Notes: generated by a model not told the origin, from the letters alone. 64,000 nt of DNA from Acidobacteriota bacterium (GCA_032124015.1 JAQBEH010000020.1:8965-72964), one strand, 5' to 3'. Shown: positions 46,094-57,381, counted from the stretch's first letter. Numbers and translations: made by a program.

Positions 46094-47695
46094 ATGAGCG
46101 AACGCCCCAGCCTTCTCAGAAGCGCCGGCTCGATCAGTCTGGCGACCGCGATGAGCCGCGTGCTCGGGTTGGTGCGGGAACAGGTGCAGTCCTACTACTT
46201 CGGCGCGGGGTTCGTCACCGACGCGTTCCTCGCCGCGTTTCGCATCCCGAACCTCCTTCGAGACCTGTTCGCCGAGGGGGCGCTGTCGTCGGCGTTCGTG
46301 CCGACTTTCACCGCGATCAAAGAGCGCGACGGACCCGACGCCGCGTGGCGTCTCGCGAACAGACTCTTCACGGTGCTCGCCGTGATCCTGAGCGCCGTTA
46401 CGCTCGGGATCTTCCTGTTCGCGCCGTGGATCATGGGCGTCTACGCCGCAGGGTTCACGCCCGAGAAACTGAAACTCGCCGTCACGATGACCCGCATCCT
46501 CGCGCCGTTCCTCCTGGCGGTCGCGGTGGCCGCCGTGGCGATGGGCATCCTGAACACCTACGGTCGTTTCTTCGTGCCGGCTTTGGCTCCTGCCCTGCTC
46601 AACGTCGCCGCGATCCTCAGCGTGGTCGTTTTGAGCCCGGTCTTGTTTCACTTCGGATGGCCGGGTGGACTGGCGTTGGCCGTGGGCGCGATGATCGGCG
46701 GGGTCCTTCAGTTCGGCATCCAGATCCCACCCTTGCGCACGCTCGGATTCCGTTTCCGGGTCGATTGGGCGCCCCGGGACCCGGGCCTCGTGCGCATCGC
46801 CTGGCTGATGCTTCCCGCCACGATCGGCCAGGCCGCAACGCAGATCAATTTCCTGGTCGATACCTGGCTGGCCTCCCGTTACGGGAACGGCCCCATCACC
46901 TGGCTGTCCCTCGCGTTCCGGCTCATTCAACTGCCGATCGGCCTGTTCGGCGTCGCGATCGGGATGGCGAACCTGGCGCGCGTGTCGCGAGATGCCGCGG
47001 CGGGCGACCACGAGGGACTGCGCGCGAACCTCTCCGCCGCGCTGCGCGCGGTGGCGCTCCTGGCGCTTCCGGCCACTGCGGGGCTCGTCGCGCTCCGCGA
47101 GCCGATCATTCAGGTGATTTTCGAGCACGGCCGCTTCGACCACACCTCGACCTTGAATACCGCCGCCGCGTTGCTGTGCTACGCGCTCGGCCTTTACGCC
47201 TACGCGGTCACGAAGATCCAGGTGCCGACCTTCTACGCACTGGGCGACACCCGGGTGCCGGTCGTGGCGTCGACGCTCGCGGTCGTCTCCAAGCTCGCGG
47301 CCAACGGCGCGTTCGTGTTCGCGCTCCCGATGCTCGGCGTCAACCCGTTTCTCGGCCTGGCCTTGTCCACGTCGGTGGCCGCGTGGACCAACTTCGGCAT
47401 CCTCGCGTGGGGCCTGCGCAAACGCGCGGGATCGATCGCCGGACACGGCGTCTTGCGCGCAACGTTCGCCATGGTGGGGGTCTCGGCCGCGACGGGGCTC
47501 TTCTGCGGCGGCACGCACGCGGCGCTCGTCCATGTCGCCCCCGGGGGGGCTCTCGCCGGCGAGATCGCGCGCCTGGCGGTTGCCGTTTCGGTCGGGGTCG
47601 CGACGACGGTGGGCGGAGCGCTTGCGCTGCGCGTGCCGGAAGCCCACGCGTTCGCCGCCGCCTTGTCGCGCCTATTGCGGCGAGGCACGCGATGA
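46094..47695 (+). CDS. murJ: Lipid II flippase MurJ (MviN)
   Basis: SRVLGLVREQVQSYYFGAGFVTDAFLAAFRIPNLLRDLFAEGALSSAFVPTF, with about 14 TM segments. Confidence 0.9.
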   Translation: MSERPSLLRSAGSISLATAMSRVLGLVREQVQSYYFGAGFVTDAFLAAFRIPNLLRDLFAEGALSSAFVPTFTAIKERDGPDAAWRLANRLFTVLAVILSAVTLGIFLFAPWIMGVYAAGFTPEKLKLAVTMTRILAPFLLAVAVAAVAMGILNTYGRFFVPALAPALLNVAAILSVVVLSPVLFHFGWPGGLALAVGAMIGGVLQFGIQIPPLRTLGFRFRVDWAPRDPGLVRIAWLMLPATIGQAATQINFLVDTWLASRYGNGPITWLSLAFRLIQLPIGLFGVAIGMANLARVSRDAAAGDHEGLRANLSAALRAVALLALPATAGLVALREPIIQVIFEHGRFDHTSTLNTAAALLCYALGLYAYAVTKIQVPTFYALGDTRVPVVASTLAVVSKLAANGAFVFALPMLGVNPFLGLALSTSVAAWTNFGILAWGLRKRAGSIAGHGVLRATFAMVGVSAATGLFCGGTHAALVHVAPGGALAGEIARLAVAVSVGVATTVGGALALRVPEAHAFAAALSRLLRRGTR

Positions 47696-48147
47696 AGGTT
47701 TTGCTCCAGCGCGTGTCCCGGGCGTCGGTGCGCGTCGACGGCGCGACCGTCTCGTCGATTGCGCGAGGACTCGTCGTGTTCCTCGGCATCGAGGAGGGCG
47801 ACGACGTCGACGACGCCGTGTGGAACGCGGAAAAAACAGCCCAACTCAGGATCTTCCCCGACGCGGACGGACGGATGAACCTCGGCGTTGTGGATATCCG
47901 TGGCGACGTGCTCGTGGTATCGCAGTTCACACTAGCCGCCTCGACGCGGCGCGGGCGCCGGCCGTCGTTCGCATCCGCCGCCGAACCCGAGCTGGCGGAA
48001 CGCCTGTACGAGCGCTTCGTCGCGGCGCTTCGGGACCGCGGCCTCATCGTCGCGACGGGGACGTTTCGCGCGATGATGGAGGTCGAACTGGTCAACGACG
48101 GCCCGGTCACCGTGCTTCTCGATCCGCGAGAGGCGACACCCCGGTGA
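47692..48147 (+). CDS. dtd: D-aminoacyl-tRNA deacylase
   Basis: MKVLLQRVSRASVRVDG...GLVVFLGI...VLVVSQFTL...GRRPSF...NDGPVT. ATG overlaps the murJ stop (ATGA). Confidence 0.9.
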   Translation: MKVLLQRVSRASVRVDGATVSSIARGLVVFLGIEEGDDVDDAVWNAEKTAQLRIFPDADGRMNLGVVDIRGDVLVVSQFTLAASTRRGRRPSFASAAEPELAERLYERFVAALRDRGLIVATGTFRAMMEVELVNDGPVTVLLDPREATPR

Positions 48148-49061
48148 CCCCCAATCGGCGAACGGACGTCACCCCCCATCCGCCGGACGCCACGCTCGAA
48201 GCGTGGCTCGATCATCTGGCGGCCGAGCGAGGGCTCGCCCGAAACAGCGTGGCTGCGTACCGGCGTGACCTCCAGGCGCTCTCCCGCCAACTCACGGGGC
48301 GGGGCCTCTCCTCTTGCGGGCAGGACGATCTCCTCCTCGCGCTTCGCAAGATGCGCACCGCCGGTCGATCGCCTCGTTCGGTGGCGCGGTGGCTCGTCGC
48401 GGTGCGCGGGTTTTTCGGATGGCTCGCGCAGGAGGGGACGATCGACGAGAATCCCGCCGCCCGCCTCGAGCCTCCCAAGGTCTGGAAGACTCTCCCCAAG
48501 GTTCTTGACGGCTCCGACGTGGAACGACTGCTTTACGCCCCCGACCGCGCAAATCCGCGCGGCGCGCGCGACGCGGCGATGCTCGAGGTGCTTTACGCGA
48601 CCGGACTGCGGGCGAGCGAACTGGTCGGGCTGCGACTCCGTGACCTGCGCCTCGACGCCGGATACCTCAGTTGCGTCGGCAAGGGGTCGAAAGAGCGGGT
48701 CGTCCCTCTGGGTGCCGAGGCGATTTCTGCCCTTTCGGCCTACCTCGCGTCGGGCCGCGAGGCACTTCTTTCGGGAAAGCGCTCGGATGCGGTTTTCGTC
48801 GGACGCGCCGGAGCGCCATTGAGCCGGCAGGGGTTCTGGAAGCTGATCAAGGCCCACGGGCGCCGGGCCGGGATACGAGCCTCGCTCTCCCCGCACGTCG
48901 TACGGCATTCGTTCGCGACGCATCTCCTCGAAAACGGCGCCGATTTGCGGGTGGTGCAGATGCTGCTGGGTCACGCCGACATCTCGACCACGCAGATCTA
49001 CACGCACGTGAATCGCGAGCGCCTCAAGAGGCTTTACCGCGACTTTCATCCGCGCGCTTGA
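48144..49061 (+). CDS. xerD: Site-specific tyrosine recombinase XerD (XerC/XerD family)
   Basis: LAAERGLARNSVAAYRRDLQAL; ATGLRASELVGLRL; HVVRHSFATHLLENGADLRVVQMLLGHADISTTQIYTHV. The XerC versus XerD assignment is not certain. Confidence 0.85.
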   Translation: MTPNRRTDVTPHPPDATLEAWLDHLAAERGLARNSVAAYRRDLQALSRQLTGRGLSSCGQDDLLLALRKMRTAGRSPRSVARWLVAVRGFFGWLAQEGTIDENPAARLEPPKVWKTLPKVLDGSDVERLLYAPDRANPRGARDAAMLEVLYATGLRASELVGLRLRDLRLDAGYLSCVGKGSKERVVPLGAEAISALSAYLASGREALLSGKRSDAVFVGRAGAPLSRQGFWKLIKAHGRRAGIRASLSPHVVRHSFATHLLENGADLRVVQMLLGHADISTTQIYTHVNRERLKRLYRDFHPRA

Positions 49062-49093
49062 CACACGTCCTCGCGGTCGACTATTTCTGAGGG

Positions 49094-50053
49094 GTGGACG
49101 AGGACGCTTTCGAAGAACCGATCCTGGAGCTCGAGCGTCGCGTCGAGTCGTTGTCCGGCATGGGCGACGACGTCGCGACGCAGCGCAAGCGCGAACAACT
49201 CGAGGTCGAGCTCCACGCAGCGCGGGAAAAGGTGTTCGCCTCCCTCACCCCCTGGCAGAAAACGCTCGTCGCCCGCCATCCTCGCCGCCCCTTCACGCTC
49301 GACTACGTGCGATACCTGGTGGAAGGGTTCGTCGAGATCCACGGCGATCGCCGCTACGCCGACGACCCGGCGATCGTCGCGGGCTTTGGTTCGTTTCGGG
49401 GGCGTCCCGTGCTCGTCATCGGGCATCAGAAGGGGCGGGACACGAAAGAGAAAATCGTCCGCAATTTCGGCATGCCGCGGCCCGAGGGCTATCGCAAGGC
49501 GCTGCGCGCGATGCGGCTCGCGGAGAAATTCCGTCGCCCCGTGCTCACGTTCATCGACACGCCCGGAGCCTATCCGGGGATCGGCGCAGAGGAGCGGGGT
49601 CAAGCGGAAGCGATCGCCCTCAACCTCCGTGAGATGGCGCGCATCAAGGTTCCGATCCTGGTGACCGTCACCGGGGAAGGGGGGAGCGGGGGCGCGCTCG
49701 CCATCGGCGTGGGCGATCGGGTCAACATGCTCGAGTTCGCCGTGTACTCCGTGATCTCTCCGGAGGGTTGCGCCGCCATTCTCTGGCGCGATGGGTCCCG
49801 GTCGCGTGATGCGGCGCGCGCCATGAAGATGACGGCTCCCGATTTGTTGGCCTTGGACGTCGCCGATGAGATCGTCCCCGAGGTCGTCGGCGGCGCCCAC
49901 GTCGATCCCGCCCGCCAGGCGGTCCTTCTGGGAGAAGTGCTCGAACGCCAGCTCACCGAACTCGAGCGCGCCTCCCCCGAGGCTCTGGTGGCCTCCCGGT
50001 ACAGTCGTTTCAGACGCATCGGCCGTTTTGCCGCACCCCAGGTTCCCGGCTAG
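49094..50053 (+). CDS. accA: Acetyl-CoA carboxylase carboxyltransferase alpha subunit
   Basis: TPWQKTLVARHPRRP; GMPRPEGYRKALRAMRLAEKFRRPVLTFIDTPGAYPGIGAEERGQAEAIA. Confidence 0.9.
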   Translation: MDEDAFEEPILELERRVESLSGMGDDVATQRKREQLEVELHAAREKVFASLTPWQKTLVARHPRRPFTLDYVRYLVEGFVEIHGDRRYADDPAIVAGFGSFRGRPVLVIGHQKGRDTKEKIVRNFGMPRPEGYRKALRAMRLAEKFRRPVLTFIDTPGAYPGIGAEERGQAEAIALNLREMARIKVPILVTVTGEGGSGGALAIGVGDRVNMLEFAVYSVISPEGCAAILWRDGSRSRDAARAMKMTAPDLLALDVADEIVPEVVGGAHVDPARQAVLLGEVLERQLTELERASPEALVASRYSRFRRIGRFAAPQVPG

Positions 50054-50859
50054 CCCTGCTCCCGCGCTCGGTCGGCCTTGACCTCGTTCCACAGACGGTC
50101 CATGAGCGCCAGCCCAGCGTCTTCGATCGGGATGCCGAGGCGTCGCAACTCATCCTCGACCCGGGTGAATCGGGTGTGGAACTTCGCATTCGCGGCGGCC
50201 AACGCCTGGTCGGCATCGACGTCGAGCCGACGCGCCAGCATGGCCAGAGTGAACAGCGCGTCACCGATCTCCTCGCGGACGGCCTCGCGGTCGCCCGAGG
50301 CGACGGCGGCGCGCAGTTCGGCGGCCTCCTCGTCGAGCTTCGCGAGGACGTCCTTATCCTCGCGCCAATCGAAGCCGACCCGGGCCGCCTTCGTGCCCAG
50401 CCGCTGAGCCTTCACGAGAGGGGGGAGCGCCGGCGGGATCCCGGAGAGCACCGAGACGTCCGCGTCGAGCTTTCCAGCGTTCTGCTTTTCGGTCTTCTTG
50501 ATCTCCTCCCAGCGCACCAAAACCTCCACCGAGCTGGTCGCTTTGTCCTCCCCGAAGACGTGCGGATGGCGGCGGACCATCTTGGCCGCGATCCCCTCGA
50601 CCACGTCGCTCGCCGCAAAGGCGCGATCCTCCGTCGCCAGTCGAGCCAGAAAGACGATCTGAAACAGGAGGTCCCCCAGCTCCTCCCGGAGACCCGGGAG
50701 GTCCGCTCGGTCGAGAGCGTCGACCACTTCGTAACACTCCTCGATCAAATAGCCGCGCAACGTCGCGTAGGTTTGCTCCCGGTCCCAGGGGCAACCGCCG
50801 GGATCGCGCAGGCGGTCCATGATCGCCACGAGGTCTTCAAAACTGCGGAGGGAGGCCAT
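50050..50859 (-). CDS. mazG: Nucleoside triphosphate pyrophosphohydrolase MazG (tandem MazG domains)
   Basis: CPWDREQTYATLRGYLIEECYEVVDAL...EELGDLLFQIVFLA; second repeat EEIGDALFTLAMLARRLDVDADQAL. ATG 50859 was chosen. Confidence 0.85.
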   Translation of the reverse strand: MASLRSFEDLVAIMDRLRDPGGCPWDREQTYATLRGYLIEECYEVVDALDRADLPGLREELGDLLFQIVFLARLATEDRAFAASDVVEGIAAKMVRRHPHVFGEDKATSSVEVLVRWEEIKKTEKQNAGKLDADVSVLSGIPPALPPLVKAQRLGTKAARVGFDWREDKDVLAKLDEEAAELRAAVASGDREAVREEIGDALFTLAMLARRLDVDADQALAAANAKFHTRFTRVEDELRRLGIPIEDAGLALMDRLWNEVKADRAREQG

Positions 50860-51023
50860 GGTCGGTCTCCTTGACTTGACTCGGAGCGGGTTACATCTTT
50901 CGCAAGCGGCCGGAGTCAGGGTGGCTTGCGGCACGCCGACTTTCGTTTTGATTACGCCGAAAGTCGAATGGTACCATCGCGCTCACGCGCGGCGTCTTGT
51001 TGTCGCTGCGCGGGGAGGCGTGT

Positions 51024-51494
51024 ATGGCCGCGGGAGAGAATCCGGAGGAGACGGGACAGGACGAACAGACGCCCAGCATCAAGGTCACCGACAGGCGGCA
51101 TTTCACGCTTGACGGGGAGCGTCGCACCGAAGTCGACGAAGATCCCGAATTGGCTACTCCCGTTGGAGTTCAGCCCATTCCGGGGGAAACGAGACCACCG
51201 GAGAGCGACACCCAGTTCGAGCACCGTCCGTTGGACGAGCCGGCGGGCGTGGATTTCACGATGTTGATCAACGCCATGGCGCAACCGGCGTTGCTCTACC
51301 TCGGTGAAATTCCACATCCGGCGACCGGGAAACCGACCTTGGACCTCGAGGGGGCACGCTTGCAGATCGACATGCTCGACCTGCTCCGCGTGAAATGCCG
51401 GGGCAATCTGACTCCCCAGGAAGACAACCTCCTGGAGAGTGTTCTGCACCAGCTCAGGATGCGATACGTCGCGCGGTCGGGAACGGCCGGCTAG
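51024..51494 (+). CDS. DUF1844 domain protein
   Basis: KVTDRRHF...DFTMLINAMAQPALLYLGEIPHPATGKPTLDLEGARLQIDMLDLLRVKCRGNLTPQEDNLLESVLHQLRMRYV. ATG 51024 follows GGGGAGG. Confidence 0.7.
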   Translation: MAAGENPEETGQDEQTPSIKVTDRRHFTLDGERRTEVDEDPELATPVGVQPIPGETRPPESDTQFEHRPLDEPAGVDFTMLINAMAQPALLYLGEIPHPATGKPTLDLEGARLQIDMLDLLRVKCRGNLTPQEDNLLESVLHQLRMRYVARSGTAG

Positions 51495-51568
51495 CGTTCG
51501 TCGAACCCGACCCTTCGGGCTCGCGTGAACGCCGGACGCCGGGCGCGCGAGAAGGAGTCGGGGCCCCA

Positions 51569-53605
51569 GTGAGCTGTCGACCCGAACGAGCGTTCGCCGC
51601 GGTGTTGGTCGCGCTGATCTCCTGGGGCGCGACCCCCGTCGCTCGCGCGACGATCGACCACGGCGTGATCCGGCTCGCGCCCCCAACCGAGTCGGCTGAA
51701 CAAGAATCCCCGATAGACCCCGAGCCCGGGCCGCGTTCGGACGCGCGCCGCGGTTTTGACGTGACGGCCTTCGACAGCCGGTTCGAGAGCCTCTGGTTCC
51801 AACGCAAGGTCTACCAGGCCGAGGGTCGGGACGAGGAGGTCGCCCGCCAGTCCGATTCGATCCGTGACTTCGTCAGCGAAGAGGGCGTGCGGCGCCTCGA
51901 AGTGCCGGCCGGCGCCCTCCTGATCGAATCCCGTGACTGGCTCCGCGAGGGCAGCTACGACAAAGCGCTGGCGTCGCTCACGCTCGCCGAGACCCTCGAT
52001 CCGGGGCGCCCCCAGATCACGCGAGCCCGGGCGCAGGTGCTCTGGGCGTCCGGATCCGGGGCGCTCGCTGCCGGTTCCGAGTGGTTGCGCGCGATGCGCG
52101 GCGCCGTCATGGCCGCGATTCGCGATCTGCATTTCGTGCACGGGTCCGCGCTCGTCGTCCTCGTCGCCGTTCTTTGCGGAATCGCTCTGTTTTCCTTGCT
52201 CATGATGCTCCGCTACCAGGTGGTGCTCCGCCATGACGTCGAGGAGTGGTTGATTCGAAGCGACCGGGAGTCGTGGGCGAAAGCCGGCGGGTGGGCCGTG
52301 CTGCTGCTTCCATTCGTCCTCTGGGTCGGCGCCGGCTGGGTCGCGATCTACTGGATCGCCGCGATGTTCCGTTACATGAGGCGCGGCGAGCGCGCGCTGG
52401 CCGCGCTGCTGCTCGTCGCCACCGCTCTGGCGCTCCCGGCCTATCGTTTCGCCGTCGGGCTCTACGGACTCGCCGCCGACCCGACGATGCGGACGACGAT
52501 CGCCGCGGGCAACGGGGGATACGATCCGGACCGGATCGTCGCGTTGCGCGAGTTGGTCGACACCCACCCCGACGATCCGATGTATCGGTTCCTTCTCGCC
52601 GGGCTTTACAAGAACGGACGTTTTTTCGAGGACGCGTTTCTGGAGTACAGACGGGTCCTCGAAGAGGCGCCGTCGACCTATCAGGCGCGGATCAACCTTG
52701 GAAACATCTACTTCACGATCGGCCAATACGGCGAGGCCATCTCGAACTACCGGCGGGCCTTGGACATCCGTCCGAACTCCGCCCTGGCGTACTACGACAT
52801 GTACCTGGCGCAGTCAGACTCCTTCAAGCTCAAGGAAGCCACCGAGTCCCTCGCGTCCGCCCGCCGCCTCGACCCCGCCCAGACGACGGCTTGGCTCACA
52901 TCGGACAGCCGAGAGGGCCGTGGCCCCAAGGCGATCGACGCCGTGATCGACTTCGACTCGATCTGGCGGGCGACGGTCGAGGGGCGAAGCCTCAGATCGT
53001 GGCTCGACGCCGAACCGGAACAGGGTCACTGGACCCCGGCGCTCGCGGGTCTCGCCAATATCACGAGCATCCTCGCTTTCACGGGACTCCTCGCGTGCGG
53101 CGTGACCGTCGCGATGTTCCGCGGGAGCCACCCCGCACAGCGATGCACGCGCTGCGGCCAGCCCTTCTGCGCGCACTGCAAATCCGCACGCGACGGCCCC
53201 GACTATTGCAGTCAATGCGTGCACCTGTTCGTGTTGGGAGACGGCCTCGCACCGGAAACCAAGAGCATGAAGCTGTACCAGATCGAGCGGTATGACACGC
53301 GAAATCGGCGCGTGCGGCGCTTCGCCTCCGTCATCTTTCCGGGCGCGGCGCACCTTCTGACCGGTCGCGCGTGGCTCGGCTGCGGATTGCTGATGCTCTG
53401 GCTGCTCGCATGGATCGGCGGTTTCCCACAGGGTTTGACGCCCCTCGAGCGCCTGCTCGGCATGAGCGTTCACCTCGCGGGGCTCCGACCGGCGTCCATT
53501 CCGGATGTGTTCGGCCTCGACGCGGTGCTCTTGCTCGCCATTCCCTTGGGGATCGCGGTGTGGCTCGCCGGGAACGCCGGCCTCTCCCGGATGCGGAGGG
53601 TCTGA
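51569..53605 (+). CDS. Polytopic membrane protein with TPR repeats and a Cys-rich zinc-ribbon segment
   Basis: GTG 51569 follows GAAGGAG. TPR-like YRFLLAGLYKNGRFFEDAFLEYRRVLEEAPSTYQARINLGNIYFTIGQYGEAISNYRRALDIRPNSALAYYDMY. CTRCGQPFCAHCKSARDGPDYCSQCVHLF. Several TM helices. The start is uncertain. Confidence 0.6.
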   Translation: MSCRPERAFAAVLVALISWGATPVARATIDHGVIRLAPPTESAEQESPIDPEPGPRSDARRGFDVTAFDSRFESLWFQRKVYQAEGRDEEVARQSDSIRDFVSEEGVRRLEVPAGALLIESRDWLREGSYDKALASLTLAETLDPGRPQITRARAQVLWASGSGALAAGSEWLRAMRGAVMAAIRDLHFVHGSALVVLVAVLCGIALFSLLMMLRYQVVLRHDVEEWLIRSDRESWAKAGGWAVLLLPFVLWVGAGWVAIYWIAAMFRYMRRGERALAALLLVATALALPAYRFAVGLYGLAADPTMRTTIAAGNGGYDPDRIVALRELVDTHPDDPMYRFLLAGLYKNGRFFEDAFLEYRRVLEEAPSTYQARINLGNIYFTIGQYGEAISNYRRALDIRPNSALAYYDMYLAQSDSFKLKEATESLASARRLDPAQTTAWLTSDSREGRGPKAIDAVIDFDSIWRATVEGRSLRSWLDAEPEQGHWTPALAGLANITSILAFTGLLACGVTVAMFRGSHPAQRCTRCGQPFCAHCKSARDGPDYCSQCVHLFVLGDGLAPETKSMKLYQIERYDTRNRRVRRFASVIFPGAAHLLTGRAWLGCGLLMLWLLAWIGGFPQGLTPLERLLGMSVHLAGLRPASIPDVFGLDAVLLLAIPLGIAVWLAGNAGLSRMRRV

Positions 53606-53606
53606 G

Positions 53607-54881
53607 ATGGCCCTCGTGGGAACGATCAAGGACTTCGGGCTCGCCGACATCCTCCAGCTCATCGGCCTGCAACGGAAAACCGGGCTCCTCACGCTCGAAC
53701 ACGACACCGACACGGTTACGGTGAAGTTCCTCGAGGGAGCGGTCGTCGGCGCCGATACCAGCACACGAAATCTCGAGGACCTTCTGGGTTCCGTCCTCGT
53801 CCGCACAGGCCGGATCACGCAAGCGCAACTGCGAGAGACGCTCCAAATCCAAAAGACAACGATGCAGAGGCTCGGCTACATTCTCGTCAAGCAGAACTTC
53901 ATCTCGAGCACGGACCTCGAAGCAGCGCTCCGCGTCCAGGTGAGTCAAATCGTCTATCGCCTCTTCCGCTGGCGCGAAGGGAAGTACCGGTTCGTGCCGA
54001 TGGATCTCATGGAGTACGACAACGAGCACTTCCAGCCGTTGTCGGCCGAGACGATTCTGATGGAAGGCGCCCGGATGATCGATGAGTGGCCGATGCTCGA
54101 GCGACGCATCCCGTCAACGGAAGTGGTCTTCAAGAAGACCGCCTCGGGCGCGGCGCTCGATGTCCCGATCGCCTCCTTGCTCGACGCCGACATCGACTTC
54201 GGGTTCCAAGATGCCCCGGGGCCCGAGGAGAAGAAAGCGGGCGCGATCAGCATCTCTCCCGAGGAGCGCGACATCCTCCGCATGGTGGACGGGTGCGCGA
54301 CCGTCCGGGACATCGTGGACACGAGCGCGCTGGCCGAATTCGACGTGTACCGGCAGTTGGTCGAACTGCTCGCCCGCAATCTCATCGAGGTGGTCGTCGT
54401 CGAGGTGGCCGCGGAGGACGCCGCGCGGGGCCGCGATCGCTTGCGGTGGGCCTCCGCAGCGCTTCTTTCGCTCGTATTCGCCCTGGCTGCCCTCGGCATC
54501 GCGACTCTTGGCCTCAATCCGTTCACGCCATGGAGGCTGTCCGCACGTTCCCGCGAGACCGAGTTGCTGAAAACCTACGTCGGCCGGAACCGGCTCGAGC
54601 GCGTGGAGAAGTCGATCCAGGCCTACTACCTCGATCGCGGGTCGATGCCGAGGAACCTGGCAGCCCTCTCGTCGGAGGGTTTTCTCCCCAGGGAGGACAC
54701 CGTTGATCCGTGGGGCCATCCCTACGCGTACCGTGTCGACCCCTCGGCCTACGAACTCGGCAGCCGATCTTCCGCGGACGCACCCGGGGAAGACCTCGTG
54801 ATCCGCCACCCCTACAGCGCCTCACAGCGGATGGTGCTCGAGGGGGGGGCCATCGACCGGGGACGCTCGATCCGCCCTTGA
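53607..54881 (+). CDS. DUF4388 (PATAN-like) domain protein with TM helix and C-terminal GspG (type II secretion pseudopilin)-like domain
   Basis: [50 protein letters not shown] (DUF4388). [22 protein letters not shown]. The C-terminus [41 protein letters not shown] matches the GspG core motif (DPWGxPYxY). Confidence 0.65.
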   Translation: MALVGTIKDFGLADILQLIGLQRKTGLLTLEHDTDTVTVKFLEGAVVGADTSTRNLEDLLGSVLVRTGRITQAQLRETLQIQKTTMQRLGYILVKQNFISSTDLEAALRVQVSQIVYRLFRWREGKYRFVPMDLMEYDNEHFQPLSAETILMEGARMIDEWPMLERRIPSTEVVFKKTASGAALDVPIASLLDADIDFGFQDAPGPEEKKAGAISISPEERDILRMVDGCATVRDIVDTSALAEFDVYRQLVELLARNLIEVVVVEVAAEDAARGRDRLRWASAALLSLVFALAALGIATLGLNPFTPWRLSARSRETELLKTYVGRNRLERVEKSIQAYYLDRGSMPRNLAALSSEGFLPREDTVDPWGHPYAYRVDPSAYELGSRSSADAPGEDLVIRHPYSASQRMVLEGGAIDRGRSIRP

Positions 54882-54906
54882 CAGCCCGTAACGGGGGTCC
54901 TAAAAA
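54878..54906 (+). promoter_or_regulatory. Promoter candidate upstream of dnaK
   Basis: TTGACA (54878-54883, overlapping the upstream stop), 17-nt spacer, TAAAAA (54901-54906). The -10 is weak. Confidence 0.3.
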
Positions 54907-54958
54907 GCCGTCCGTTCGCGATGAGGGGGGCTCCAACCCTCCGCGGGAGGGAGCGTCC

Positions 54959-56869
<1,911 letters not shown>

Positions 56870-56898
56870 GCCCCACGAGTCCCCGAGACTTGCTAGAC

Positions 56899-56928
56899 TC
56901 TTCCGGCGACTGGTGTGCGACCGGAGGA
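56899..56928 (+). promoter_or_regulatory. Hairpin sequestering the hsp20 Shine-Dalgarno (RNA-thermometer-like candidate)
   Basis: tcttccgg (56899-56906) pairs with ccggagga (56921-56928; GGAGGA is the SD, with ATG at 56935). The stem is 8 bp including one G-U, with a 14-nt loop. A possible extended -10, TGcTAGACT (56891-56899), would place the TSS inside the 5-prime arm. Confidence 0.3.
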
Positions 56929-56934
56929 TTTTCC

Positions 56935-57381
56935 ATGGCGCAAACGGACTCGGATCCGCTCAAAGATCTCGTCGGGATCCAGGAACGGATGAACAAGCTC
57001 TTCGAAAGCGCGCTCGCGCGCACCAACTTCGACGCGGAAGGCGGCGTGGGGGCGTGGACGCCGGTTGCCGACGTCGCCGAAGACGCGACGAATATCTTCT
57101 TCTCCCTGGAGCTACCCGGGCTGGTTCAGTCCGACATCGATGTGCGCCTCGAGGACGACGAACTCGTCGTCCGGGGAGAAAGGCAAATGGACCGCGGCGC
57201 GCCGGGAGAGCAGTTCCACCGCGTGGAGCGCTCCTACGGCAAGTTCGTTCGCCGCTTTCGTTTGCGTTCACACATCGACCCCGCGTCGGTCGCCGCGGCG
57301 TACCAGAATGGCGTCCTCGTCATCACGCTCGCCAAGAAAGACGACGCCGGCAAGAGCCCGATCCGTGTGGTCATCCGCTGA
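56935..57381 (+). CDS. Hsp20/alpha-crystallin family small heat-shock protein
   Basis: WTPVADVAEDATNIFFSLELPGLVQSDIDVRLEDDELVVRGER...ERSYGKFVRRFRL...AAYQNGVLVITLAK. Confidence 0.9.
   Translation: MAQTDSDPLKDLVGIQERMNKLFESALARTNFDAEGGVGAWTPVADVAEDATNIFFSLELPGLVQSDIDVRLEDDELVVRGERQMDRGAPGEQFHRVERSYGKFVRRFRLRSHIDPASVAAAYQNGVLVITLAKKDDAGKSPIRVVIR

Noticed and set aside
48144-49061. Tyrosine recombinase as a phage or ICE integrase
   Set aside because: The XerC/XerD-type N-terminal domain and catalytic block, together with translational coupling to murJ-dtd in a housekeeping context, argue for the chromosome-dimer resolvase.
45923-49064. Two 574-aa minus-strand ORFs (45923..47647 and 47340..49064)
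   Set aside because: They are antisense to murJ, dtd and xerD. Their products are Arg/Asp/Gly-rich with no motifs. High-GC artefacts.
54882-54958. CIRCE (HrcA operator) or an obvious sigma-32 promoter upstream of dnaK
   Set aside because: No TTAGCACTC-N9-GAGTGCTAA-like inverted repeat was found, and there is no CTTGAAA/CCCCAT pair. Only a weak sigma-70-like candidate was recorded.
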